Positions 1-13,111 of a DNA stretch of 64,000 nt are shown here, piece after piece. How positions within the stretch are numbered: position 1 is the stretch's first letter; every line of letters begins with the position of its first letter. The position numbers and the translations under genes were made by a program. The notes beneath the pieces are model-generated. The model made no database searches. It had not been told where the DNA came from and saw only the letters and a program-made list of their open reading frames with translations. This DNA is from Lingula anatina (lineage: Eukaryota > Animalia > Brachiopoda): positions 23,192,848 through 23,256,847 of the forward strand of contig CM120643.1 in the NCBI GenBank assembly GCA_051362555.1, given 5' to 3'.

Positions 1-666
1 TCAATTGGCGTACAATGTGAACAGTATACTACCTGCGTTCAATAATAGAAGTACCTGAAGTTCATATTTCCTTCTGAAATTTGCAGGAAAACATGGAGGT
101 CTAAACGACTGGTCAGTCAAGCAGAGCTAAATCATTTACTTAAAGACGATATAAAGCACCAAATCCAAGAGCAGTGAAGAGTCGAGCAATGATTCTTGAG
201 TGGATTTGTTCGGGGGATATTCAATGTGGCGGCATTGTCCGAAATAGGCAACTTCTAAATATTACATAGGAACATGCAAAAAAGAAAAGAGGAAAAGAGC
301 TTTTCTTGCTGAGTCCATTTTTTTTTTATCCCAGAGAGCAAGACTTTTTAAGTGCCATCTTCCTCAGGATATTAGTGTGCAATTTAAGGGGTGACTCGTC
401 AACCAAATGGTGACATTATAATGGGTATTATTTTGCAAGGGGGGGGGGGGGAGTAAAATCAAAGCGTCAGCTTCTTGGAATATGAAACAAATCTGTTTAA
501 GTAAAAACTCATACTAATGCAGCAAAAATCAGGCCATTTACCAAAAAAAGCCCATTATATTGTTCGGTAAATAACAGAATTACACATTGATGGGTTTCTC
601 GCGCCTACAGCAATATCAAAATTTACAGAGCACAAAAGAGCAAATAAGAATCTCTTTTTTTCTCAC

Positions 667-3600
667 CGTGTCTACCCCTCCTATCATAAGATCCACCATA
701 GTGGAGTGTATTTCCTTAATGTCCATACTCCTTGTAGCCATCAGGTACGTCAAGAAATCCATGCCCTCGTCGGCATCCGGAGTCGTGTTCTCCAGCTTAT
801 CGGCTATCTCCGCAACCCGTGTGTCCACCAGGTGTCTCACTAAAAACACGAACAATATTTCCTTGAAGTAAATGCATGAACATCACTTGATTGGATTAAT
901 AATTTTTACAGAAAATCCCGATTTGGTAGTTCAAAGGAGACATAGAGATATGGAATATTTACACAGAGACACAATTTTCTGGTTTTGGTGACCATTGAGC
1001 TTCCTGGCCATATTTCTGGTCACACAAGAGATGTACAAAAGAGGTAGATCTGTATAAAAGGGGGCAAACATAGGAAATTCGTTGCTTTGAGTATTTTTCC
1101 ATCATCATATGAATTTCATATCTTACCAACGTCAAACATGCCGTCCCAGGCTCTAATGTGATCTCGCCACCATTTTGTTTGGTATTTCTCCTGCAACTCC
1201 ATCAAGACAAAGAGACGCTCTGATGTCACCAACATCGTGTTGACATTGTCAATGAACTTTTGCGTCATCGCAGGAATTTCGGTTTGGAGACACCCAAGTC
1301 TTTTTTCGAAGAGCACTTTACTTACAGCTAAAATCAACAGAAAAAAGACAAGTTCTACTGAGGTTTTAATAAAGGCAGTAGCGCTGACCGATAAACATTT
1401 TGTGGCCTGTAGCGGCATTTCTCTTTTGATAACATGTTGTTGTTTGTCTATATATCAATGCATTTCACACATAAAAACATCAAAGACACCTGTTGGATGT
1501 ACAGAATGGTTAAAGAGATAATAAATCTTCGTTTTGGCCAAAAATTGAATTTTCCTGGAGTAAACAACAATTTTAACAATGGTAAATGAATCCATTTTTA
1601 CATTCAAAGTTAGTCCCTTTTTTTCTAAAAAGTGTATTATTTTTTTATAATCTCTTTCGCAGTTTTAATACTAATCTTAAGAGATTATAACACAGTATAG
1701 CCATCAATGGAGGTCACGTGGTCTAAAGACAAGCTCAGATATCAGAATAATAGCTATAACTACTGTTTTTGTGGTAAAACAGAATATATTATATTTCTAC
1801 GGGTTGTTCACAATGTATTTATTGTGAAATATAGACCTCATACGAAGAGTTATTATCCCTTTAATCAGATTGTGTAAGTGATATCACAGGAGACTAGGCT
1901 TACGACATTCCTTTCCGTTATATAGCGATATGGTATTGGTGCATTATACATAATAATTTTTAAAAACTGAAGTATATCCCCCTAAGTGCGATTCACTTAC
2001 ATTCTATGGACCACTTGTACATTTCAAACGGAAGCTGCATTATTACGCCATCTTTTCCCGCCTTTTCTCGCATGTGCCGCATGTGCTTAATCATATCATC
2101 GACCACCTCATTGATAACGACGTCAAATGAAGCTGCAAGTTGAGGTTTTAGGAGGCGTTTCCCGACTGCCTTTCGGAATCGAAACCAATCGTCGCCTTCA
2201 CTGCAATGCAAACATAGTCACTTCAGGTTTACAAAGATTACTACAAAGGTACTTAATGATCGTCCAGGAATGTACTAAAACGGAAAATTTAGGAAATTCT
2301 GGAGGATCTTTAAAATAGTGTTCTTATAGTTTAAGAATTATTTGCAAGATGGTAAGCAGTGAAGTATTGAATTCGTCCTTTGTAATTCGTCTGTAGGTAA
2401 TATTATTGCCATATGAAAATGAAACTCAATTTTAATAGCAATTTGACAATAGGCAACTAAATGTCACATAATATCATTTGTATCTATCGAACAGGGGATT
2501 CATATTTAACTCAAACAACACACATATATGTGGATATACAATGTAAACCCAGTAGTGCAATTGTAATAGAAGACCTACGCCGTTAATAAGCCTCGGTTAT
2601 AGCCGCGGAGTTCTCGGTATCTGGGCCACGAGGGATAGCACGGTCTGGTCGGAAACTTTGGCTCATTCCGGAGGATTTCTTCAAAAAGTTTTGGATCACT
2701 CACAGCGACCTGGGTCATGTCCAGTAGCTTCTCACAGTACATCTTGCCATATTTGGAGTGCTTTTCAACCTTAAGAAAGAAAGAACAAATATAAAATTGC
2801 TCACAGAGCAAACTGCGAACTAAAATACAATAGATCTAACAAATACGGTAATGTCTCAAACTTTTAACATGTGAGAAATGTGAATTTTAGAGATACTGTA
2901 TTTAGTTAAAGTCCTAAATTCTTAAAATAAGAGCGCTCATATTGAGTAGTAACAGCGAAACAGAAAAACAGGATACTTATTAGTTCTATTCCATACAGAA
3001 AAAGTACCACAAATGCCTGAAAGAAATATATTTATAAAGGTTCTACAATTGTGTATTTGAATTATTGATATTTTTACCCATTGAAAAGATCTATTCATTG
3101 CCGTAGTGTCATGGCAAGAAGTGGCAATTTTTAAATGTCTTAAGAGTAATTAAATCTCTTTCAACTGAAATTGTTCACACAATATAATGAAATTACATCC
3201 AAAATTTGAAAAATACAAAATTCTTTAAAAATAGTCAGTGGGTTTCCCATGTTAATTTTTCATGTACATAAAAACAATAAACATGATCCTTATGAACATG
3301 AATAGTCTTCATCCTGGACCTATTACCAATCTACAAAAACGTGTCTGAAACAAATATCTCTCACAATGTGGCCTCTATCGCAGGGAAAAAAATCACCACA
3401 AACGCACAAAAAACGAGCAGACCAATATACTTACGGAAATTTTTTCGCAAGTATAATAAATAAGAAAAAGAATAAAAAGGGTCAACGTTGCCTAGGTGAA
3501 TTAATGTAATTGGTTTTCATACTTCTAGGCAACGCTATGCTGCAGGAGACGGTTTTGATGTAACCTACCAAATAGGACATGCGGGGTAAAAAGAATATAG

Positions 3601-3928
3601 TTATAGTTGAGAGGTGAGTTACTACATAAAAATGTGGTAAGCGAATCAGGATGCCAGCCTCGGGTTATTCACGTTATTCATAAAACGGCGAAATTAGTTT
3701 ACCAGCGATTTTGCTGTCTGATTTATATAAGTCTGTATAGTACATAACTGCTAGTAAGCTGAATAGCAGATGTGAGGTGTGCAGTGAGGTGAGGGTCGTC
3801 TAACAAATTGCTCCGGGGCTTCAGCCTACTTAGTTATCAAAGTGAATTTATTCGCTTGACAGGTTGTTTTATAAAACCATATATTGTCTGAAAAATCTGT
3901 GTCTGTCGTCGCCTTTACATACTGGCAG

Positions 3929-3969
<41 letters not shown>

Positions 3970-6900
3970 TGTTTGAGGGGGCGCGCGAGTTTGTTTATTT
4001 TTGTGCACGTTTTTTGTCTTTGTTTGTGTGTAAATGTGTGTGTGTGCATGCGTGTGTGTGTGTGTGTGGGTGAGGGTGAAAGAGAGCGAGGAGGGGAGGG
4101 TTTACTAGAGACAAATAAGACATTCAATTATTGTCTTAAAAGGATAATAGCTCTTCGTTTTGGCCAAAAAATGAATTTTCCTGGAGTAAACAACAATTTT
4201 CCCATACTTACCAATGGTTAATGAATTCATTTTTACATTCAAAGTTAGTCCCTGGTTTTTTTTTCTAAAAAGTTTGTTTTTTGTTATAGTTAATCTCTTA
4301 AGAGATTATAACAGAGTATAGCCATCAGAGGAGGTCACGTGGTCTAAAGACAAGCTCAGATATCAGAGTAATAGCAATAACTGCTGTTTTTGTGGTAAAA
4401 CAGAATATATTATATTTCTATGAGTTGTTCACAATGTTTTAGTGTGAAATATAGAACTCATACGAAGAGTAAGGCTTCGTTCACATGGAATGTCTATTTT
4501 CTAAAAATCTATTTTCTATTCGCGCTATCTTATGATCACGGTCTGTGCCCTGAATATCCCGCCGCGTAATTACTGGCAGCGCGAGGCAGTTACTTATAGT
4601 AACTTATAGTAAGTGGCTCGCGCTGCCAGTAATTACGCCGCGGATATTCAGGGCACAGACCGTGATCATAAGACATACCGCGAATAGAAAATAGAATTTA
4701 GAAAATAGACATTGCATGTGAATGAAGCCTTATTATCTCTTCAAGGCTCGTCTCATTCAGTAATAAAACCGTTTATATCCGACTTGTAATTTGTCACCAG
4801 CTACCGATTGTGTGTCGCGGTTTTATCATGACACTATTGGACTGAGATTCTCACCATGGGCAAAGCACAGTGCATTTACCTGAAGATAGACTGATTTCAA
4901 CTTAAGCATTATCCGACTACTACAGCAGAACACCACAGCGCACCACCATTCACATCATTGTAGGACTAAAAAATACCTCCCGTACAAAAAAGTCGAAGCT
5001 CGAGGGAAAAGTACATTAACAAAGACATGAGTACTTTTAAAGTACTGCCAAGGCCTGACCTCTTTAAGCGCGCTGTCTGGCAGCCTTAAAGTATATATAT
5101 ATAAAGTACGAGACGCTGAGCTTCACTCAAAATTGAGTAGATAATTGACAAGGCGAAGCAGAGGCAATTATCTGCTTTATTTCGCGGAAAGCTCACCGCC
5201 GAGTGCTTTATCCCACTTAAAGCACGGTTCATTACCGGACGCTCTGAATGTGCAGATCCTATGAATGTTCGAGAGATCGGCGTGTTGAACAGCGCAAGAA
5301 GCACAGAACTTTCTTACTTTTATTTTTTAAAATAAAAAATATTCCATTTTCGTGCAAGGAATGACCATGACGGCCTTATGGTCGAGAAATATTACTTTTG
5401 AACTTGCGGGTCGCAGAAAATATTTGCAATTGTTGTAGGATTCGCAAAAATATTCCCTGAACAGTTGAAGTGCTTCACGGCTAATTATGTCGATACCGCA
5501 GACGAAAAATGTTAAGTTTTTGTAAAATGATCTTTTACATCATCCTTTCATAAAGCCACTTTTATAGGAGACCGATTGCTAGAATAGAGGGCATCATTTC
5601 CCCATCATTTCTTTCTATCACACACTCCCTCAATACAACCAAAATGTTTGTGGAGAAAAATTAAGGAACAAAGCACTAAGGTGACCTCCTATTCACACCT
5701 TTCTGACCTTAGCTTTGACAAAAAGCCTATCAAAATAAATAAATAAATAAGTATAAGTGGACTAGTAACCATTGCGTTATTTCTGTTTATTTTAATTTCT
5801 AAAAGTTTGTATCAAAACATGAAAAAAAGTTCAATTTTATTTTTTATTTTCATCATTTTTTTTTCTGTACAATCAGTGAAGTTTGTAAGTTGATTATTCA
5901 GGGCAGTCCAAAGTAACGGTGCATTACATCGTTAGTTGTGTCCCCTGATGCGTGGAACACATTCGTGGATGACGTGACTTTACAAGAAATAAACCACGGC
6001 GCGGTATATTGTCTTTCGACGGGAAAGTACTTTAATGAAGGAATAAATGATAAAAACTTTAAAAAGGTTGACTCCACATTTTTCATTATTGGGATTGTGT
6101 AATTATTTAGGGATGATCAGTCGTGTTATAAGTCAGTTACAACTACTCGTCGTCCACTGTATGCGTGGTACAAGAAGGCCTCGATAATTACACTCGTGTA
6201 TGTCGCAGTGGACGATCTGAGCTGTAACTAGCATAAAGCACTAATCGGTTAGCTATATACGTAAAATAGAGCAGATAATTTTCTCGGCTTCGCCTTGCCA
6301 ATTATTTCCTCTATGCGGCGTTAAAGTAAGCTCAGCGCTTCGTTCTCTACCCTGAAACCGCGCATAACATGAAAAACCGAAGTGCACCCGCCGAGCCAGT
6401 GAGCGTACAGACGCCTCGTCTAGTGCGACCTAGCCAACCAGATTCAATGTACTTTTAAATGTTTACTATGAGGTAATGGGGTCATGGAGTTCCACTGGTG
6501 TACTTTAAAGAAACGCGTATTTTTAAGATCCAGACATCATTTTAAATTCCGCTGCAAAATCGAAGGTGGTCATGTTTTTCGCTGTCATTAATTACGAAAA
6601 AATTGTGATATATTCGAAACAGAAATAATGTGGATATTCTCAACGTGATTCGTATAAATTTCCCAGGGGAACAAGACGTGGTAGAAAACAGGAGACGGCT
6701 CTTACTCACGAGGAGATGGAGAGATGTTTTCTCCAGAGTCCAGCAGAGAAGCAAGGACTCACGCTGCACGGTCACATGTAAGTACAGGCTGCGCAGTGTG
6801 GTCCGTGCGCGAGTGGATTAAATATAGAAAATACGGACATATCACCCTACCAGTTCGTTTTGAAGTAAGGACCATTAATCAAAGTCAAGTGGTGGTACTT

Positions 6901-9900
6901 TTATGAGGGCGTGATTCCATATTCTAGAAGGCATGGGGGGAGGGGGTGACTGTACCACCCCCGTCTCCCCCAACCACCCATTCTTCACTGAGACCTGTTC
7001 GGAGTACATCTGACGGATTAACAGCGCAGAATTTAACTGTTGTATCGAGGTGATCCTTTACAATTAAAAATGGCTAAAACCTATCGCATGGGAATGGAAT
7101 TCATAATGAAAGGATAACGGCTTTTATCTTCCTCCTCTCCCGAAGAAAATGATTGCACCTTTAATAGCGTTGATTATTTGGTGCCCTGTGCCAAGAAACG
7201 ACATTCACGGTAAGTACGTAAATGTTTTAATGAAAAGCCAAGTACTCCTTTGAAGACGGTTGTATTTTAGATAGTTTGGAGGTCAATGAGTTGGTTAATA
7301 TTCTTTGTCATTTTTTTCACATATGTTATTCAGTCGTATAAAGAACTTTTTAAGGTTGCAGTGAATGGCGCACGGCAAGGGAAAAAAGAACAATCATAGC
7401 AATTAATGAAAACCAATATCATCACAATGCTCAAACCTTATTTTGTTTTCTCACAAAATACATATTCTTACTAATACTTTCCTCCCGTAGGCACAACAAA
7501 AACGCAACTTAACTGCATCCTTCGCGTTTTTACTCGAACAGACGCGCAGAGGCATTAATGTCAATTTTGTGTTCACTTCCTAATTATAGGTACGTTGCTA
7601 TAGGAACGATGATATTTACTGTCTCTATCTATATATCAACTTAACCGGTTGTTGTGTTAAATGTAATAATAAATACTATAGCTTCTCAGAACTATATTTA
7701 TTTTTATTTTAGGATTGTTGTTATTATAATTGTCTTTTCCTTTGCTGGGCAATATAACTTACTGTCGTTAAAATAAATTTGAAAGCGTTTCAGTCTCATT
7801 ATATTGTCTTGACTAAAACAAACATACCAAAGAAAAGTCTATACATAAGAATTAAGTGATATGCAACTGTAATATTATATTTTTTTTTTATACGCAATGT
7901 TTTGAACTAAAATAGTTATTAGATTACGGAGGTTTCAAGAGCAGTCAAATTTCAGTTCTCACGACCAATGTTCTAATTCAGTTCTATTATGGTTTTCATT
8001 GATCACTTGATCTTCATTAATCATTTCGTCTTCATAAAATCGAGACAGAATAACGAAATTATTTATTAATCCATTGTTGGCTTAAACAGAAGTAAAATAT
8101 AAATTAAAAAGAACTGCTGATGATAATACATGTGCCAAAGCAGTCCGCCTTTTACATCTCAAAACCTTGAATTTTAACTGTAAAAATTAACAAATGAAAT
8201 ATGAACAACAATTTTTTATGTTATTCATACAGAAATTCGAGTTCTTATTTCAGTGAATAGACATATATACATAGCACTTTTGTATATATATATACAGACT
8301 TGACATTTAATATGGAATATTTCAGTTTCGAATGTATGCCTAGATGAAAATGCGTTTTTTTCACAAACTCCGATCTCATACAAGATATGTGAATGGAGAA
8401 GTGTGTAGTCGGGTGCGTCGCTACCAATTAACTGATTAAAAGGTTTGTTGCGCTGCTACATTATGTAATTTGCAGTGATTTAATTGGGCAGTGCTCCTTT
8501 GGGCAGGTCAAAGCTTGGCTTTGGCAAAGCATGGTTCCGTCAAAAAAGTATCCATATGTCGGCAACTACTGCATAGAAGAATTTGAAATTTTGCATGCAA
8601 GTGGGCGGGTTTGCAGTGTGTAAGATGAGCTATGCAGTGCTTTACAAATTTGTTAATCTGTGGCAGAATTGCGCGAAAAGGGCAGGCATTACCAGACAGG
8701 TAATTGCGCCAAACGAAACGGTCCACACAGTTTTATAGAGTAATGGCCAAACTGATGTACCCACACAGAGGCCACACCCAATGTATTGAAATCTTACCAC
8801 CAGGGTACAGGACCCACTGTCTTTCGGGATATGCTGTTGCAACTAAACAAAAACCACCAAGTCCGTTCAGAATGAGGGGTAAATTACCACCAAAATGCAT
8901 TTTTCAAGGCCCTCAGCGAACACCAAACTGGTTTTAGCAGGTTAGAATACCAAACGACCTCCGAGGAACCCCCCGTAAACAGCAAAACATCGTTGTATGT
9001 TTCTCTATTGAATTGGGTACCTTGACTGTTTCTGGGTCGAACACTGAAATCTCGTGGCTTTCTTTATTGAGGTCAGATTTCACCTGTACCGCTCAACTAG
9101 TCAAAACAGAGTTTACAGACATCCAGAAGAGGCCACTGACGAAGCGTGTGCCGCTTCTAAAATGACTAAGGTCATTAACAACGTCAGTATTTGGAGTGGA
9201 TACCACATTGGTGCCAAAACACCAATGGTAGTCATCGACGAAAACCTGAACCAGATGAAATAAAGAAATAGTCTGGGAAACACTTTGCTTTCATTTGATA
9301 GGGGACAACTTAGGAACAATTTTAGGTTGCACAGTGAGATTGCCAGTTCACACAGAGCACTTTAAATAGCAGTTTACTTACAGAACCAAGGGAATAAGCA
9401 GCTACCTTGGTCATCAAAATCGCCATATTTGAACCACATAGACAATATGTGGGTAGGCCATTACTCTCCGAATCAATGGCTTAGATGTCCTACAACAAAA
9501 CTGGACCAAATTGGGCAGATTTTGACCGATGCCTGGAATGTTATTCCAGATTGAACTTTAAAAACCTATCCCAAGGAATGCCGTGCCACTTGAGAGCGCT
9601 GGTAGCAGCCAGAAGAAGTCAGGCGTAACAGCGACCGTTACTGTGACTAGACACTGACATGAGGGTCCTTTGTGGAGCGTTTAACTCCTTTACAGACAAT
9701 AATTTGGAAAATATGGAGGTCCAAAATATCCCTTTTAATGGTTGTCGTATGACATAGAATAGGCAATGTGTTTTTCTTTGCTTCTCTGGCGAATTCCATT
9801 AATGAACTGATGTCACAATGACATCAAAGAGATAATTAAAAGTTATTAAAACACGATTTTAATCCTTATTTTCATTTATCAGTCTGCAAAATAGGAAAAA

Positions 9901-9948
9901 ACTGATGAAAAATGATTTTGAAAAAAATATTCCATATTAAATGTCAAG

Positions 9949-10028
<80 letters not shown>

Positions 10029-11239
10029 TTTCACTTTTGTATAAAAAGCTCAAAGTGAGCAAATATATCGGATTCAAATGCAGGCAACAACGCATTTTAA
10101 AAGTACACACACTGGACAATAGAAGTGTCACCGCTACTGAACCAATACTTTGGGGGACATAAATGACTGTGGAATGATATGCTCCTGGTATTATTCTATT
10201 AACAACAAAATTCACAAAAGAAATGGTTCTGACTGAACAATTCAACTGTATCGATATTCTGACATAACTTATATTCCGCCTCTTCAGGTTAGTAACTTTG
10301 ATTACTCTGATTCAGGGGGTGACACTTTTATTGTCCAGTGTGTGTACTTTAATATTTGCAGTTACTCTCACAAAACTGGAAAAATATAGTTAAATTTAAT
10401 TTCTTGAAACTTATACACCAGAGACGTCTGGTCAAAAGGGACATTATAGACACACTAATCAAAACTAAGAAAAAATGAGAGAATAAAAATACAATCCAGA
10501 AATGGAAGCAGGATTGTGAAAGCAGAGGCATATTTCAGATCACTGTCACTTTAATAGTTTATAGTACAGTCGATAGAAATGCGTGAGAATTGTCCATTAC
10601 AGAATTCAAATTATAAAATAAAATTGATGAGAATTTTTGTATAACTAAAATGCTGGATTTTATGACAAACAAATGATAAAATATGTAACAAGCGTTCATA
10701 ATAATTTGTAAAAACTATTTCTTAATCTAGATTATAATCATAAAAATATGAATGGAAATACAGTGAATTTTTAAACATCAGAACTCATTTTACGAAAAAT
10801 AGCAGACGTTTGAAATTGATAGAACACTTGATGCAGATCGAAAACCTACTTACATGTAACATTTCTAATTTTTTTAAAATCTAATAATTGTATGCGTACT
10901 ATATTGAGAGAGAGAGGGAGAGAGAAAGAGAGAGAGAATAAAAAAGAAAAAACGGCAGATTAGATAGAAAGAATGCATGAAGACAAGTTCCGCAATTGAT
11001 AAGCCACGAGTGACCCGAATTCTAAAATATTCTAAAATGTTGCCAATCATTACCTTATTCTTGTGAAAACCATATCAGTTTATCCAAATTTATTATTCAT
11101 CTTAATAAAAAATTGAAACAAAAATCTCCAAAATTGTGGTTTTGCCGCCGGACGAAATATATCACTAACTCAAAAACGCATATATATTAACTGAGTCACA
11201 AACGAGCAGACTGACATACTCTTACGGAAATCTTTTCGC

Positions 11240-11288
<49 letters not shown>

Positions 11289-12560
11289 ATTCAGTGCCTG
11301 ATAAACTTCGTCCCCAGCAGCAAATATTAAGGGCAAACAATATGTGTCATTTATAAGCTTCTGCGGTTAAAACCCGCTTCCGCAAACGATTCTACTCAGA
11401 AAGTTCACAACACGGCGAGTGGGGAGGGGTGGCGGAGCGGGTTCGAAGCAGTTTCAGGTGAAAGCAATTATTGATAAAAGTACACACAACCTTGTTAAAT
11501 CTTGTCGTACTCTGCCGACAAGATGTATCCGGTTGTAAATATTTTGAGTGTACCAGCTCGAGATGCGCATACCAGGTCTATGTGGGCTAGTAACCGAATA
11601 GTGTAACAAGGCCACGTGTACTTTTAACCCTGACCTGGTACGGGTACAGTACGAAAGGACCAAGGCGCTTTTATAGCCCAGAATGATTTAGTACATGTAG
11701 CGGTAGAAGCAGATTGGGAATAGAAAGGGTAAAATGAATAGAACAGAAGCTCCTTCGTTTGTTTGTCGTGTCCTTATACACCAGTCTTAAAATATAACTT
11801 GACCCGGCCCAGAGCATTTTACCCACTAACTTCCCTGTTGTGGTAAAAGCCATAGAAGCCGGAGTTCAAAATGTACGAGAATTATGAACGAGTGGATGAG
11901 GATTAAAGTGGACAAGGGGAACATAACTCGAGCGTCGTCGTTCATTTCTCCGTCTTCAAATCTGATTTTCTCAAATGTCCTCTTGATCATGTAACTATTT
12001 CATATTTCATGTATTTGACTTAGACAGTGGTAAACATGGTATTCATGTTAAGTATGACAGTTATGCTGAAGTCTAAATAATGTTCCCAAACGTGAACTTA
12101 CACGTTCAGAGACTATATTAAGAATGTTGACGTGAGTATAATTAATACGATATTGAATGCCACGCGTGGTGCACATTTTTTTGTCAAGTACGTGTACTTC
12201 GTCTGAGCTCCACTTAATTCATGCTCACAAATACCGCGCGCTGTTTGCAATTTTGTCAGCTACCCAATGCATTCTGATGAGAACACGCGCTATGACCAGT
12301 AAGATTCTCAAAGTTACCTTTTCTTTTGCGTGCTATTTTCCCCTTTCTTCATTCTCTGAAACACGTTGAAAATTTAATGAACTTTATTTTTACTTTGTAG
12401 TATGAACCTTTCAAGTTTAGTCTATTTCATGTACAAAAACGAAGTCGTGTTTCGCATTTACGACAACAGAATGCTTTGTAATTTCAAGCCCAATAAACCA
12501 GTCCCTGTAACTGCCAAACCATATTTTTGACTTGGTTTACTGAGTAGCATTGCATGGTCA

Positions 12561-12613
<53 letters not shown>

Positions 12614-13069
12614 GTTACTTTCGAATATCAGCATGATCAGAATTTAAAATTATTTTTTATGTTTTTTTTGCATGCTTTTTGGGCAAAGCTCAGCTCAAGT
12701 GCCAAATATTTTTGCTTTCCGTCGAATTTGCTGAGTGGCTTTCTATCCACATAAGACATGTGCTTTTTGAAAATCTGGAGGTGGGGTCGGGGTTGGGTTG
12801 GGGGATAGGGGAAGAAGGGGAAGAAGAGGGTGCCTCCGTTTCTGCGGAAGGGGGTTGGTGGGTTACCCCTGGATCTGCCTTTCTAATGGTTGTACACAAC
12901 ACGATCCATGTGCCTTTTATTGAACAGTATCAGAATCATGTACATAGAAATGAACCATTGATTGGAAAATATGTCCATTTGTCTAAAATTTCTTCAATTC
13001 CATTTCTGTCACAGTTTGTCCTCATTCCTCAGGCAAATCTTCCCCCTTCCCACTAACACATGCACAAAC

Positions 13070-13111
<42 letters not shown>

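Noticed and set aside
1-54. Minus-strand peptide NAGSILFTLYAN* resembling the continuation of the P450 I-helix (candidate exon 6)
   Set aside because: It ends in an in-frame TGA at 3-1 and has no acceptor giving the expected start. The true exon 6 probably lies outside the window.
587-1521. Plus-strand ORFs overlapping exons (587-871, 1237-1521; also 47504-47816, 51210-51416, 61784-62044)
   Set aside because: These are antisense shadows of real minus-strand exons with no recognisable motifs.
6542-6906. ORF cluster in CYP intron 1 as a nested gene
   Set aside because: Short, with no recognisable domain and no convincing splice structure.
9937-10245. ORFs with YIYIYI, HTHT, CVCV, IIII or RERE runs (also 3826-4221, 12554-12754, 20292-20594, 21110-21313, 22987-23243)
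   Set aside because: These are translations of microsatellites.
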